Below, in pieces: positions 9,891 through 19,243 of a stretch of DNA of 64,000 nucleotides (its first letter is position 1; each line of letters begins with the position of its first letter). Origin of the DNA: an uncultured Gemmatimonadales bacterium (GTDB taxonomy: Bacteria; Gemmatimonadota; Gemmatimonadetes; Gemmatimonadales; Gemmatimonadaceae). The translations under genes were made by a program, and so were the position numbers. The stretch lies in contig CAWBZV010000002.1 of the NCBI GenBank assembly GCA_963793305.1, positions 672,001 through 736,000 on the forward strand, read 5' to 3'. The notes beneath the pieces were generated by a model. That model made no database searches, was not told the origin of the DNA, and worked only from the letters and a program-made list of their open reading frames with translations.

Positions 9891-11339
9891 TCAGCGGAGG
9901 GGGCGGCCGACCGCGCTTTCCAACGCGGCGAACGCAGTTTGATAAGAATACACAGCGTTAATGCGGTCAGTCTCGGCCCGCTCGAACGAGGCCACTGCGT
10001 CTGTCACATCTAATGACGAGGCCGCTCCGACTTGGTACCGGGCTTCGGCAAGCGCGAGCTCCTCGCGCGCCTTTGCGGCGTTCTCTTGCTGCAACGCGGC
10101 CGTCTTCTGCGCGGTCGTCAGGCTCAGATACGCGCTCGTGACGTTGGCGGTCAGCGCCAACTCCTGGGCTCGCCGGTTGTACTGCGCGTCCGAGCGATTG
10201 GCGGCCGCCTGCTCGATCTTCTGTTCGCGCACGAACCCGTCGAAAATCGGCAGGGACAGCGTGGCCGTGACCTGACGCGGGTTGTTAATGAAGCCGAACG
10301 GGAAGCCGTTGTTCTGATTCTTCAGCGTCTGGATCTCACCCGGCGTGAGGTTGGGCGAACCGCATGTCGCCGCGGTTCCTCCGGCCGCGATGCACAGCTC
10401 GTAGCCGATCTGTTGGTTCGACGCGGCAGACACGACGGCGGCGTTGGAGTTTGTGTACGAGAATGTGTAGCCGCTGAGACCGGTCTGGATTTGCAAAACC
10501 GGTGTATACAGGCCGCGCTGACGAGTCACGTCAACGTCGGCCGCATGCTCGCGCGCGAGGAGCGCCACCAGCTGTGGGTTCGATTGGCGAGCGATCGCTT
10601 GCAAGCTGTCCAGCGTGTACTCGACCGGCGCTACTTGGAACGTATCGCGGACTTGCACGCCCTTTGGTTGCGTCACGCCAAGCGTCTGAAAGAGCTGCAA
10701 CTTCGTGACGTCGACCTGATTGTGGGCTTGCACGGCCGACACCTTCTGCTGGCCGAGCGTCACCTCGGCGCGCTGGACGTCGAGCGGCGTCGCTGCACCC
10801 GCGGCAACCCGCGCCTGGGCCAGCAGCAGCTGCGCCGAATCGTCGGAGACGAGGGTGTCCTGCAGGTTGGCCTGCGCGACCGCGGTCACCACCGCGATAT
10901 ACGCGGAGGCGACGTTGTTCCGTAACGTCGCCGCGGCGCTGCCAATGTCAGCCTCCGCCGCATCGCGGTTCGCGCGATTGTACGCCGGCGAGATCAGGAC
11001 GCTCGCGCTCAGCGTGTAATTCAGGTTGAGCTGCCATTGTGACTGCTCGTAGTTCGAGCTCGCACCGAGCGCCGCTCCGCTCGAGAACTGCGTGCCCGCC
11101 TGCGAGTACTGCGCGAAGAGGTTGGCGCCCACCTGGGGGAGAAACTGGCCGTAGGCCGCCCGCAGGTTCGCACTTGCCGAACGCCGGGCGACGACGCTCT
11201 GGAGATAGACGGGGTTGTTGTGCTTGGCGATCTGTTGCGCGTCGGACAACGTCAGCACCGGCCCCGCCGAGTCTGGACCTTGCGCGGCGGCCTGGCCCGC
11301 GAGCGTCAAGGCCCCCATAACGATGCAGAGACGAATCAT
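9891..11339 (-). CDS. TolC-family outer membrane protein
   Basis: Signal peptide, LSLPIFDGF, ARYQVGAASSLDV; first gene of the export operon. Confidence 0.9.
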   Translation of the reverse strand: MIRLCIVMGALTLAGQAAAQGPDSAGPVLTLSDAQQIAKHNNPVYLQSVVARRSASANLRAAYGQFLPQVGANLFAQYSQAGTQFSSGAALGASSNYEQSQWQLNLNYTLSASVLISPAYNRANRDAAEADIGSAAATLRNNVASAYIAVVTAVAQANLQDTLVSDDSAQLLLAQARVAAGAATPLDVQRAEVTLGQQKVSAVQAHNQVDVTKLQLFQTLGVTQPKGVQVRDTFQVAPVEYTLDSLQAIARQSNPQLVALLAREHAADVDVTRQRGLYTPVLQIQTGLSGYTFSYTNSNAAVVSAASNQQIGYELCIAAGGTAATCGSPNLTPGEIQTLKNQNNGFPFGFINNPRQVTATLSLPIFDGFVREQKIEQAAANRSDAQYNRRAQELALTANVTSAYLSLTTAQKTAALQQENAAKAREELALAEARYQVGAASSLDVTDAVASFERAETDRINAVYSYQTAFAALESAVGRPLR

Positions 11340-11366
11340 GGACACCGAGTTATTGGTTGCTGACCG

Positions 11367-11393
11367 TACGTACCGGCCGGATGGGGAGTTTCA
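11367..11393 (-). promoter_or_regulatory. Candidate ECF-sigma promoter of the TolC operon
   Basis: Minus strand TGAAAC-N17-CGTA, about 28 nt upstream of the TolC start; resembles SigW/SigM-type consensus. Confidence 0.5.
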
Positions 11394-12053
11394 AGGGGGG
11401 CTGTCCCGCACGGCCATTAGATGCCGCTCGGGCCTTGCGAGTTGCAATACACGTCCAGCCGAGTCGGTCCAAACGAGGCGCTCACCGTCGCCCGTCACCC
11501 GTATCTTTATGGCCATCAGCTCCCGGCCTCCGATCCGGACCGAGTCCGGCCCGAGGCGCTCGATGCGCATCGGCAACACCGCGCGGCGCTGTGGCACGAC
11601 GACTGACACGACCCCCTCCCGGCGGCCGAGCATCAAAAAGTAGTACTGATGCACGATATCGTCATCTGCCAGCAGGGTGCCCGCCAACGGCAACTCGCGC
11701 GCGGACTCGTGATCCGGCCACCGCGCGCGCAGCATCAGAAATCCGCGATCGCGGACGACGCTGACCTGTTCGACGTGTCCCGGTCCGGTTCGCAGATCGA
11801 GCGCATATGTGAGTGGGGCGCCCGTGAGGTCGGTCGCGAGGGCCGGTGACAGCCGGCGGTCCGCGAACAGCACGGTACCCGACGCTTGATACCCGCCGGG
11901 TGCATGGCGGATCGCGAACGTCTCGCGGCCCGCCTCGGTCGCCGATCCCTCGACCGTAATCGTGAAGCTCCCCTGGTCGACTATGGAACCGGGGGTGGCT
12001 GGCTGTGCACTGGCAGACACGGCCAGGAATACCGCCGCGTAGGCCGCCCTCAA
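11391..12053 (-). CDS. Hypothetical exported beta-rich protein
   Basis: Signal peptide (AVFLAVSASA-Q); TTG start overlaps upstream TGA. Confidence 0.6.
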   Translation of the reverse strand: MRAAYAAVFLAVSASAQPATPGSIVDQGSFTITVEGSATEAGRETFAIRHAPGGYQASGTVLFADRRLSPALATDLTGAPLTYALDLRTGPGHVEQVSVVRDRGFLMLRARWPDHESARELPLAGTLLADDDIVHQYYFLMLGRREGVVSVVVPQRRAVLPMRIERLGPDSVRIGGRELMAIKIRVTGDGERLVWTDSAGRVLQLARPERHLMAVRDSPP

Positions 12054-12733
12054 ACCCGGAAGATCCGTTGTGCGATCCGCTCGCGCAGGCGCTCGTACAA
12101 CAAGCGACCTTTCTCGGCGGAGGCAAGCGTCGGGCGGCCGGCCAGGGAACGCACTCGCCGATAGCGGCGGCGCTCATCCTCCGACAGACTATAGTCTTCG
12201 GCCGCCTTCATGTTCACCAACTCCGGCGCGAGGTGTAACAAGAGCGAAGTGTCGACCTCATCCCCGTGCAACGGGGCATCTTGACCGGTCAGGAGATCCG
12301 CCACGTGGACCGCGAATACATCAACGACGCGAACGCGCGCCTCAGCCGTGATGACCGTCGCGAGCGCCTCTTGGTGCGCGTCGTAGCCATGCGCCGTCAA
12401 CAGGATGAACTCCCGAACCCCGGTCGCCTCCCACGACGCGAGCAGATCGTTCACCAGCAAATGCAGCGTCTTCTTCCTCACGGCGCCGTTCCCCGGTGAA
12501 GGACGCCGCGTCTCCGCATTCACGCCGTATTCGATCGTCGGCGCTCGCAGGACGCCGAATTCCGCGGACAGGTCGTCCGCGAGGCGCTCGACGATAATGG
12601 TGTCGACACCGAGCGGCACGTGGGGTCCGTGGGCTTCGCAGGTGCCGATCGGCACGATCAGCCGTGGGTCGTCAGCGATCGCGGCCGCGACGCGCCCCGG
12701 CGGCAGCTCTTTGATTCGTCGTGGGAGTGACAT
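12050..12733 (-). CDS. Creatininase family amidohydrolase
   Basis: PIGTCEAHGPHVPLGVD, AHG, HGDEVDTS, ASAEKG. Confidence 0.85.
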   Translation of the reverse strand: MSLPRRIKELPPGRVAAAIADDPRLIVPIGTCEAHGPHVPLGVDTIIVERLADDLSAEFGVLRAPTIEYGVNAETRRPSPGNGAVRKKTLHLLVNDLLASWEATGVREFILLTAHGYDAHQEALATVITAEARVRVVDVFAVHVADLLTGQDAPLHGDEVDTSLLLHLAPELVNMKAAEDYSLSEDERRRYRRVRSLAGRPTLASAEKGRLLYERLRERIAQRIFRV

Positions 12734-15700
12734 GCGGTCTTGGTGGTGGTCTGCCGCCGCCGCGGTCGCCGTGATCTCGGCCGCACGCTGGCTTCGCGCG
12801 CCCGCCCTACCTTATCTCGGTGTCAGCGTGGGCGCCACGGTTGTGGCGGTCTTTCTGGCCCTTCGCCAACGCGGGAGCGGCGCGATCGCCGCGCGCACGG
12901 CGTCGTTCGCCCTGGCCGCGTTTGCGGTCGTCGCGTCAGCCGACCAATACATGATCTGGCAGTTGGAGACCGACTGGCCGGCGGTCTCCGCGTCCATCAC
13001 GACCAACGCGCAGACCACCGCTCGCGCGACCCTCAACACTCTGGCCAGTACGCTGCACAGTACGGCCGTCCGCGCGCTCGACGCGCCGGGCGATCCGGCG
13101 GGCGCATTCCGGGCCGTGGCGGCGAGCCTCGGACAGGAACGGTATGCGACCGAGCGGGGCGTGGTGCTGTATCGTGGCTCGGCGCCCGTGGCGTGGGCCG
13201 GCGCGATCCGCGCGCAGCCGTCGAACGACAGCGCCGCGTACGCCGTGACGTGGAGTGACTTCTACGTGACGCTCCAAGCCAGTGCGACCCGGGGCGGATC
13301 GCGCGCGGTGGCCACCGCGCTGCTGCACGCAGACCCGCCGGCCGACCGGCTGGCGCGGGCGTTGGACGAGTGGATCGTCCAGCGGACGGGGGTTGTCGGG
13401 TTCGCGTTCAACCGTCCCGTGGCGCCATTCAGTGGAGACCTGTTCGCGCCCGGTGGCTCGGTACTCCTGTCGATTGAACCGCTGCCGCCCCGAGTCGAGA
13501 CCATCCGCCCGCGTGTCATCGATCGGTCGCGCCACCATGGCGTCGCACTCTTGGCGCTGGCGCTCATCGCGTTCATCGGCGCCGAGTGGCACCCGCGGGC
13601 TCCCCTCGGACGGCGGCTGGCGGCGCTCACGGTACCGATCCTGAGCATCGTCATCGTGCCGCTCAACACGCTGTCGAACCTGAGTCCCATCTTCGATCCA
13701 ACCTACTTCTACTCGCAGATTGGTGGGCCGCTGACCGCGAGCGTCGGCGCGCTTGCGCTCACGAGCGCGATCGCGGCACTCGGCGCCCTGGCCATTATCC
13801 AAGCCGGCCTACGGGTCCGCCCCCGATTTATCGCGGCGATCCTCGCGGTGCTGATCTGCGCGGTCGCGCCATACCTGCTGCACGGCATGGCCGAGGGCAT
13901 CACGTCGCCGGGTTCTGGCGTACCGCTCGAGGTCTGGATCATCTGGCAGGTGACCCTCGCGCTTACCGGAACGGCCATCCTGTCGCTGGCAGTCGTGGCG
14001 GGTCGGAGCGCACTGCTGTCGCCAAGGGGAATACGGCCGAGCGTCGCCGTTGGCGTCGCGGTCGTGGCCGCGGCGAGTGGCGTGATGATATGGCGACCGA
14101 CGGTGTCGTGGCCGGCTGCCTACTCGGCGCTTTGGATCGCCGCCGGCATCGCCGCCGCGTTCGCATCGGGTTCGAGAGCGCGGGTGACGCTCGCCAGCGT
14201 GGTCGCGGGCTGTGGCGCGGCGCTCCTTATCTGGTCCGCGAATGCCGAGCGACGCATCGCGCTCGCCGAGCGCGATGTCGCGGGCCTCACGACCCCGGAT
14301 CCGAACGCGACGCTGCTGCTCGAGCGGTTCGGAGCCGATCTCGCGGTCGAATCCCCGCCACGATCACGCGCCGATCTGCTCAAGCTCTACGCGACATCAG
14401 ACCTGGCGTCAGGCGGGTATCCGGTCGCGCTCACCGAGTGGTCACCCGATGGGGACACGATCGCGACGCTGCAACTCGCCCAGTTCGCGACGTCGGCGCA
14501 GCAAGTCGCGCGCGCGGTGAGCGAAGCGCGCGCCGGCGATTCGACGGTGATTATGGAGTCGGCGGGCTCGCCTGGCGTTCAACTCGTGCTCGCCGCGCCG
14601 GGCCCGACGCACGCGGTCACGACCGTGGTCGTCGCGCCGACGACGCGCCTCATCAGCCCATCGGCGGATGCGCCGCTCCTCGGCATCGCGCCGGATGCGT
14701 CGAGCGCGCCGCCGATGTATACGTTGACGCCGATTCGGGTCGTCGCGGGCGCCGACACCTTGCGCTCGCGCGGGCTCATGCGGCGCTGGACGCGGACTGG
14801 CGAGCAGCTGCACGCCGACTGGCTCGTCGGCGGTGCGCTCGGCTCGGCCAGAGCGCACGTCGAGATCGATCTGCGAACGGTCGATGCGCTCGCCGAGCGC
14901 GGCACCCTGCTCTTGTTGCTCGATCTCATCGTGATCGGGATGCTCTGGATGCTGGCCGCGATCACCGGCGGCGCGTTCTGGCGTTGGCTCCGCTGGCGGG
15001 CGCGGCGATGGGCGCATAGCTACCGGGCGCAGCTCACCGTCGTGTTGTTCGCGTTCTTCGTGACGCCGGCGCTCTTGTTCGCGGCGTGGTCGTATCGCCG
15101 GTTGGCGAGCGACGATCGTCAGTCCCATGCGCTGCGCGTGCTGGAGACGCTCCGCTCGGTGGTGAATAACGGCGAGGTCGAGTTTCTGCAGGTCGCCGGC
15201 AATCGACTCGATACCCCGCTGCTGTTGTATCGGGGCGGGGAGCTCGCCGGAACGAGCGATACGTTGCTCGCCGAGCTCGCGCCGATCGGTGCCTACCTGC
15301 GTCCGGACATTCAGCTTGGCCTCGGGTTGGCCGAGGAGGTCACAGCCGGCCGGGTAGAGCGGTTGGATGCGACGACCGCGCTGTTCGGATATCGCGCGGC
15401 GACCGATGATCGTGGCGAGCACGTGGTGTTGGCCGCGCCGTCGGGAGCCGATGCCGTCGAGGATGCGGCGCTCACCCGGCGGCGAGACGATCTCAGCATT
15501 CTGCTCATGTTCGCGACCGTCGCGGGCGCGGTCGCGGCTCTCTGGCTCAGCGGACTCGCGGCGCGCGAGTTCGCGCGCCCGATCGACGCGCTCCGTCGGG
15601 CGGCGTTGGCCGCCGCCGCCGGTGTGCGCGAGCCTGATCTCGGCGGCGAGCCGCCCGCGGAGTTCATTCCGGTGTTCTCGGCGTTTCGCCGCATGGCCGC

Positions 15701-16382
15701 GGATTTCGGCGCGAGCCAACGCGTGCTCGCCTGGGGCCAGATGGCTCGCCAGGTGGCGCACGAGATCAAGAATCCGCTGACCCCGATCCGCCTCGGCGTG
15801 CAGCATTTGCAGCGCGCACATGCGGACAAGCGCAAAGACTTCGATCGGATCTTGCAACAGAATGCGACGCGCATTCTGGCCGAGATCGATCGACTCGACG
15901 AGATTGCGCGCGCGTTCAGTCGCTATGGGACCGCTCCCGAGGAGCGCCCGCCGGCCGAGCCCACCGAGGTCGGCGCCGTCGTACGCGATGTCGTTGAGCT
16001 CGAACGCATGGGTGCCGAAGGTGGCATCCAATGGTCAGTGACCGCCGACAGTCTCTTGTTGGCCATGGCTCGTGCGGACGACCTCCGGGAGGTGCTGCTG
16101 AACCTCTTGGAGAATGCGCGGCTGGCGCACGCTCGTCATGTTCGTGTACACGCTGCGCGCGACGGCGCGCGTATCGTCATCACGGTGCAAGACGATGGCG
16201 ATGGCATACCGGAGGATGTCATGCCCCATATCTTCGAGCCGCATTTTTCGACACGCACGAGTGGAAGCGGCCTCGGTCTCGCGATGAGCCGCCGACTCGT
16301 CGATGGATGGGGTGGGACGATCACGGTGAAGAGCGAGCAGGGCCAAGGAACGACTGTGACAGTATTTTTAACTGCATCGTGA
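12732..16382 (+). CDS. Large multi-pass membrane sensor histidine kinase (NtrY-like HAMP-HisKA-HATPase)
   Basis: H-box QVAHEIKNPLTPI, N-box NLLENA, DDGDG, GSGLGL; many TM helices; GGGAG before ATG 12732. Confidence 0.85.
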   Translation: MRSWWWSAAAAVAVISAARWLRAPALPYLGVSVGATVVAVFLALRQRGSGAIAARTASFALAAFAVVASADQYMIWQLETDWPAVSASITTNAQTTARATLNTLASTLHSTAVRALDAPGDPAGAFRAVAASLGQERYATERGVVLYRGSAPVAWAGAIRAQPSNDSAAYAVTWSDFYVTLQASATRGGSRAVATALLHADPPADRLARALDEWIVQRTGVVGFAFNRPVAPFSGDLFAPGGSVLLSIEPLPPRVETIRPRVIDRSRHHGVALLALALIAFIGAEWHPRAPLGRRLAALTVPILSIVIVPLNTLSNLSPIFDPTYFYSQIGGPLTASVGALALTSAIAALGALAIIQAGLRVRPRFIAAILAVLICAVAPYLLHGMAEGITSPGSGVPLEVWIIWQVTLALTGTAILSLAVVAGRSALLSPRGIRPSVAVGVAVVAAASGVMIWRPTVSWPAAYSALWIAAGIAAAFASGSRARVTLASVVAGCGAALLIWSANAERRIALAERDVAGLTTPDPNATLLLERFGADLAVESPPRSRADLLKLYATSDLASGGYPVALTEWSPDGDTIATLQLAQFATSAQQVARAVSEARAGDSTVIMESAGSPGVQLVLAAPGPTHAVTTVVVAPTTRLISPSADAPLLGIAPDASSAPPMYTLTPIRVVAGADTLRSRGLMRRWTRTGEQLHADWLVGGALGSARAHVEIDLRTVDALAERGTLLLLLDLIVIGMLWMLAAITGGAFWRWLRWRARRWAHSYRAQLTVVLFAFFVTPALLFAAWSYRRLASDDRQSHALRVLETLRSVVNNGEVEFLQVAGNRLDTPLLLYRGGELAGTSDTLLAELAPIGAYLRPDIQLGLGLAEEVTAGRVERLDATTALFGYRAATDDRGEHVVLAAPSGADAVEDAALTRRRDDLSILLMFATVAGAVAALWLSGLAAREFARPIDALRRAALAAAAGVREPDLGGEPPAEFIPVFSAFRRMAADFGASQRVLAWGQMARQVAHEIKNPLTPIRLGVQHLQRAHADKRKDFDRILQQNATRILAEIDRLDEIARAFSRYGTAPEERPPAEPTEVGAVVRDVVELERMGAEGGIQWSVTADSLLLAMARADDLREVLLNLLENARLAHARHVRVHAARDGARIVITVQDDGDGIPEDVMPHIFEPHFSTRTSGSGLGLAMSRRLVDGWGGTITVKSEQGQGTTVTVFLTAS

Positions 16383-18133
16383 CGACGACCGCGCGAACCA
16401 CGGACCCGGGCATCACGGGCCCGTTTAGAACGACAACCGAGCTGCCGCCCCATCTGACGGGTTGGCAGTTGCCGCCTGGCTGGAAATGGGGCGCGCACGG
16501 CGTCCTGGGCGCCTACCGCCATTCGCAGGAGATCGTCGACGCCCTGGGGCGATCGCTGGCGCTCGTGACGGCGCCGCAGCCCGAGCACGCGCCGTGGCTC
16601 GCGACAGAAGCGCAGCGGCTCGCGCACCGGAACCACCCGGCGGTCCCCACGACGTATCACTATTGGTCTGCGCCGGTGGAAGGCTTCGCCCGTCGGGGCC
16701 CGGGCTACCTGAGGCGGTGGATCGAGGGCGAGACCCTTGGCGCTCGCACGCAGCGTGTCGGCGCGGCCGACCTCCCGTTCGTGCTGCACACGCTGCGCGG
16801 CGCCGGATCCGCGTTGGCCTATCTGCACGACTCCGGCGAGGCGCACGGCGCGATCTCGCCGTTCAATATCTGGATCGGGCCTACGGGCCGGCTGTGGTTT
16901 CTGGCGTGGCAGTGGGCAGTGCCGCGCGATGCCGTGCCGGCCGGGCTCGAGCCCGATCGGAAGTTCCATCCGCCGCCTCCGGAATGGCGCAACAATGGCT
17001 GGGCGCCAGACGCGCGATCGGATCAGTGGCAGCTCGCCGCGGTGATCTTCCTGCTGCTCACCGGCGAGCCCGTTCCCAGTGATGACATCCCGCCGGTGCG
17101 CTGGGTCAGGCCCGAAGTTCCGCAGTCACTGGCCACGGCGCTCGATCGCGCGCTCAATCCAGTGCCCGACGACCGGCATCGGTCGGTGAGTGCGCTGCTG
17201 CGAGCATTGGACCGTACGGCGCCGACACGGACATTCGTGGGCGGCGTCGACGACGAGCAGCGTATAGCGCCCGAGGGGACGGAAGCGCGCCTCCGGTGGG
17301 CCCTGGCCGACGACTACGAAGTGTTGGCGCCGCTCGGTCAAGGCACGTTCGGTACCGTGTGGCGGGTGCGCGATCTCGCGTTGCAGCGCGAAGTGGCGCT
17401 CAAGATGCTGCATACACAGGTGGCCAAGGACGCGATCGCGGTTGGTCGATTCCGTCGCGAGGCACAACTGGCGGCGCAACTCGCGCATCCCGCGATCGTG
17501 CCGATCTACGACTGGGATCAGCGCGGCGATGTCGCGTGGTACACGATGGAGCTCGCTGAGGGCGGCTCGATCTCCAATCTCGTCGCGCGCGGCGGTCCTC
17601 GACCGCTGGCCGAGATCGCGCCGCAGGTCGACTCGATTCTCGATGGGCTGAGTGCGGCGCACGCGATCGGAATCATCCACCGGGATCTCAAGCCCGAGAA
17701 CGTCCTCATTGATCGATACCGACGCTGGCGGTTGAGCGATTTCGGTATCGCTCAGATTCCCGGCGAGGACGTTGGGGGGTCCACAGGTACGCCAGCGTTT
17801 GCCGCGCCCGAGCAGCTGCTTGGTGAGCCGCAGGGGCCGTCCGTGGACTGTTTCGCGGTAGCCGGGATCGTCGCGTTCGTGCTGACCGGCCGGCCGCCGT
17901 TTGGCGACGGCGATGCCCGGACAATCCTGGCCCAGCAGTTAGCGGGTGAACTGTCATTGGCGGCATTCGACCCCGGCGTGGCGGAGTGGCTCGCCAAGGG
18001 GCTAAGCGCCGATCCGGCAGGCCGGTTTCCTGATGCGGCTGCCATGAAGCGCGCGTGGCGGGCGGCGACAGCCGGCAGGGCTCTGCCAGAGCGGAGGAGC
18101 TGGTGGAGGCGTCTGGCGCTAGGCGGTAAATAG
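16379..18133 (+). CDS. Tandem pseudokinase plus active Ser/Thr kinase
   Basis: GTG overlaps the histidine kinase TGA; domain 1 has HGAISPFN and RSDQWQLA but no DFG; domain 2 has GQGTFG, VALK, HRDLKPEN, DFG. Confidence 0.85.
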   Translation: MTTTARTTDPGITGPFRTTTELPPHLTGWQLPPGWKWGAHGVLGAYRHSQEIVDALGRSLALVTAPQPEHAPWLATEAQRLAHRNHPAVPTTYHYWSAPVEGFARRGPGYLRRWIEGETLGARTQRVGAADLPFVLHTLRGAGSALAYLHDSGEAHGAISPFNIWIGPTGRLWFLAWQWAVPRDAVPAGLEPDRKFHPPPPEWRNNGWAPDARSDQWQLAAVIFLLLTGEPVPSDDIPPVRWVRPEVPQSLATALDRALNPVPDDRHRSVSALLRALDRTAPTRTFVGGVDDEQRIAPEGTEARLRWALADDYEVLAPLGQGTFGTVWRVRDLALQREVALKMLHTQVAKDAIAVGRFRREAQLAAQLAHPAIVPIYDWDQRGDVAWYTMELAEGGSISNLVARGGPRPLAEIAPQVDSILDGLSAAHAIGIIHRDLKPENVLIDRYRRWRLSDFGIAQIPGEDVGGSTGTPAFAAPEQLLGEPQGPSVDCFAVAGIVAFVLTGRPPFGDGDARTILAQQLAGELSLAAFDPGVAEWLAKGLSADPAGRFPDAAAMKRAWRAATAGRALPERRSWWRRLALGGK

Positions 18134-18149
18134 ATGTAGCGTGTCGGCT

Positions 18150-18680
18150 ATGAGAGCGCCGTTCGTCATTATCGCGGGCGCGTTGGCGCTCGCCTGTGCC
18201 ACTGTGGGTCCGTCCCCCCAGCGTCAGGGGGAGCTCCGTGATGTCGTACGGACGGATAACGGCCAGATGTACCGGACGACCCCTGACTACGCCATCGATG
18301 GGGCCCTTCCGAAGCCAGTCGACGAGGCATTCGCGGCCATGCTGCTGGCGTATCAAAAGCTCGGGATCGAGGCGACGACGAACGACCCGAGCGGCCACAA
18401 CGTAGGCAATATGCAGGTGCAGGCCGTCCATCGATTCAACGGCGAGGATCTCTCCCGCTACTTCGAGTGCGGCCGCGACGCATTACAAACGCCGCGCGCA
18501 GACCGGTATCGCATCACGTTTGCGGTGGTCTCGACGCTCACGGCGGATGGACCAACGGCGACCAAGATCTCGACATTGGTGACGGCACGGGGTACTGATC
18601 CAGGTGGCGGGACAGACGTATACTGCTCGACCACCGGGCATTTGGAAAACGAGATCGTGAAAACAGCGAAACAACAATGA
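18150..18680 (+). CDS. Hypothetical lipoprotein (paralog 1)
   Basis: Lipobox LALAC; motifs FECG, PRAD-Y, VVSTL, YCSTTGHLE. Confidence 0.7.
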   Translation: MRAPFVIIAGALALACATVGPSPQRQGELRDVVRTDNGQMYRTTPDYAIDGALPKPVDEAFAAMLLAYQKLGIEATTNDPSGHNVGNMQVQAVHRFNGEDLSRYFECGRDALQTPRADRYRITFAVVSTLTADGPTATKISTLVTARGTDPGGGTDVYCSTTGHLENEIVKTAKQQ

Positions 18681-19243
18681 TGCGATTGATGGTCGGCGCG
18701 GCGGTGGCGTTCGCTGCTTGGGGATGCGCGAGCGGAGGAGGGGCAGCGCCGCCCGAGGGTGGGCTCCGGGATGTGGTTGAAGTGGGTGCGGGCAACAACG
18801 GACGCGATGGCTCGCACATCGCCTACAACACCGCCGACCTGGGTGAACAGGCCGTGCTGCCCGCGCCGATCGACTCGGCGTACGCGTCCATCCTCATGTC
18901 CTATCAGAGTCTCGGGCTAGAAATCAAGACGAGCGATCCGGCCCAGCACGTGTTGGGGAATCGCCACATTGTCGTGATGCGCACGTGGCTCGGCTCGCGC
19001 CTCTCGACGTTTTTCAATTGCGGCAACGACCCGGCGCTTGGGACGCCTCGCGCCGACTCGTATCAGTTGGTCATCTCCGTCGTGTCGACGTTGAACGCGA
19101 AGGACGCGAATAGCTCGACCATTACGACGCTGGCCACGGCGCAGGCCAACGATCTCGCGACCAGCGCGTCGTCGGTCTATTGCTCGAGCACCGGAAAGCT
19201 GGAGCGGACTCTTCTCAAGGCCGCGGGATTCCAGCAGCATTGA
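18677..19243 (+). CDS. Hypothetical lipoprotein (paralog 2)
   Basis: Lipobox AWGC; motifs FNCG, PRADSY, VVSTL, YCSSTGKLE. Confidence 0.7.
   Translation: MMRLMVGAAVAFAAWGCASGGGAAPPEGGLRDVVEVGAGNNGRDGSHIAYNTADLGEQAVLPAPIDSAYASILMSYQSLGLEIKTSDPAQHVLGNRHIVVMRTWLGSRLSTFFNCGNDPALGTPRADSYQLVISVVSTLNAKDANSSTITTLATAQANDLATSASSVYCSSTGKLERTLLKAAGFQQH

Noticed and set aside
12405..12731. N-terminal extension making the histidine kinase 1325 aa
   Set aside because: Antisense to the creatininase gene; the membrane-protein sequence and SD begin at 12732
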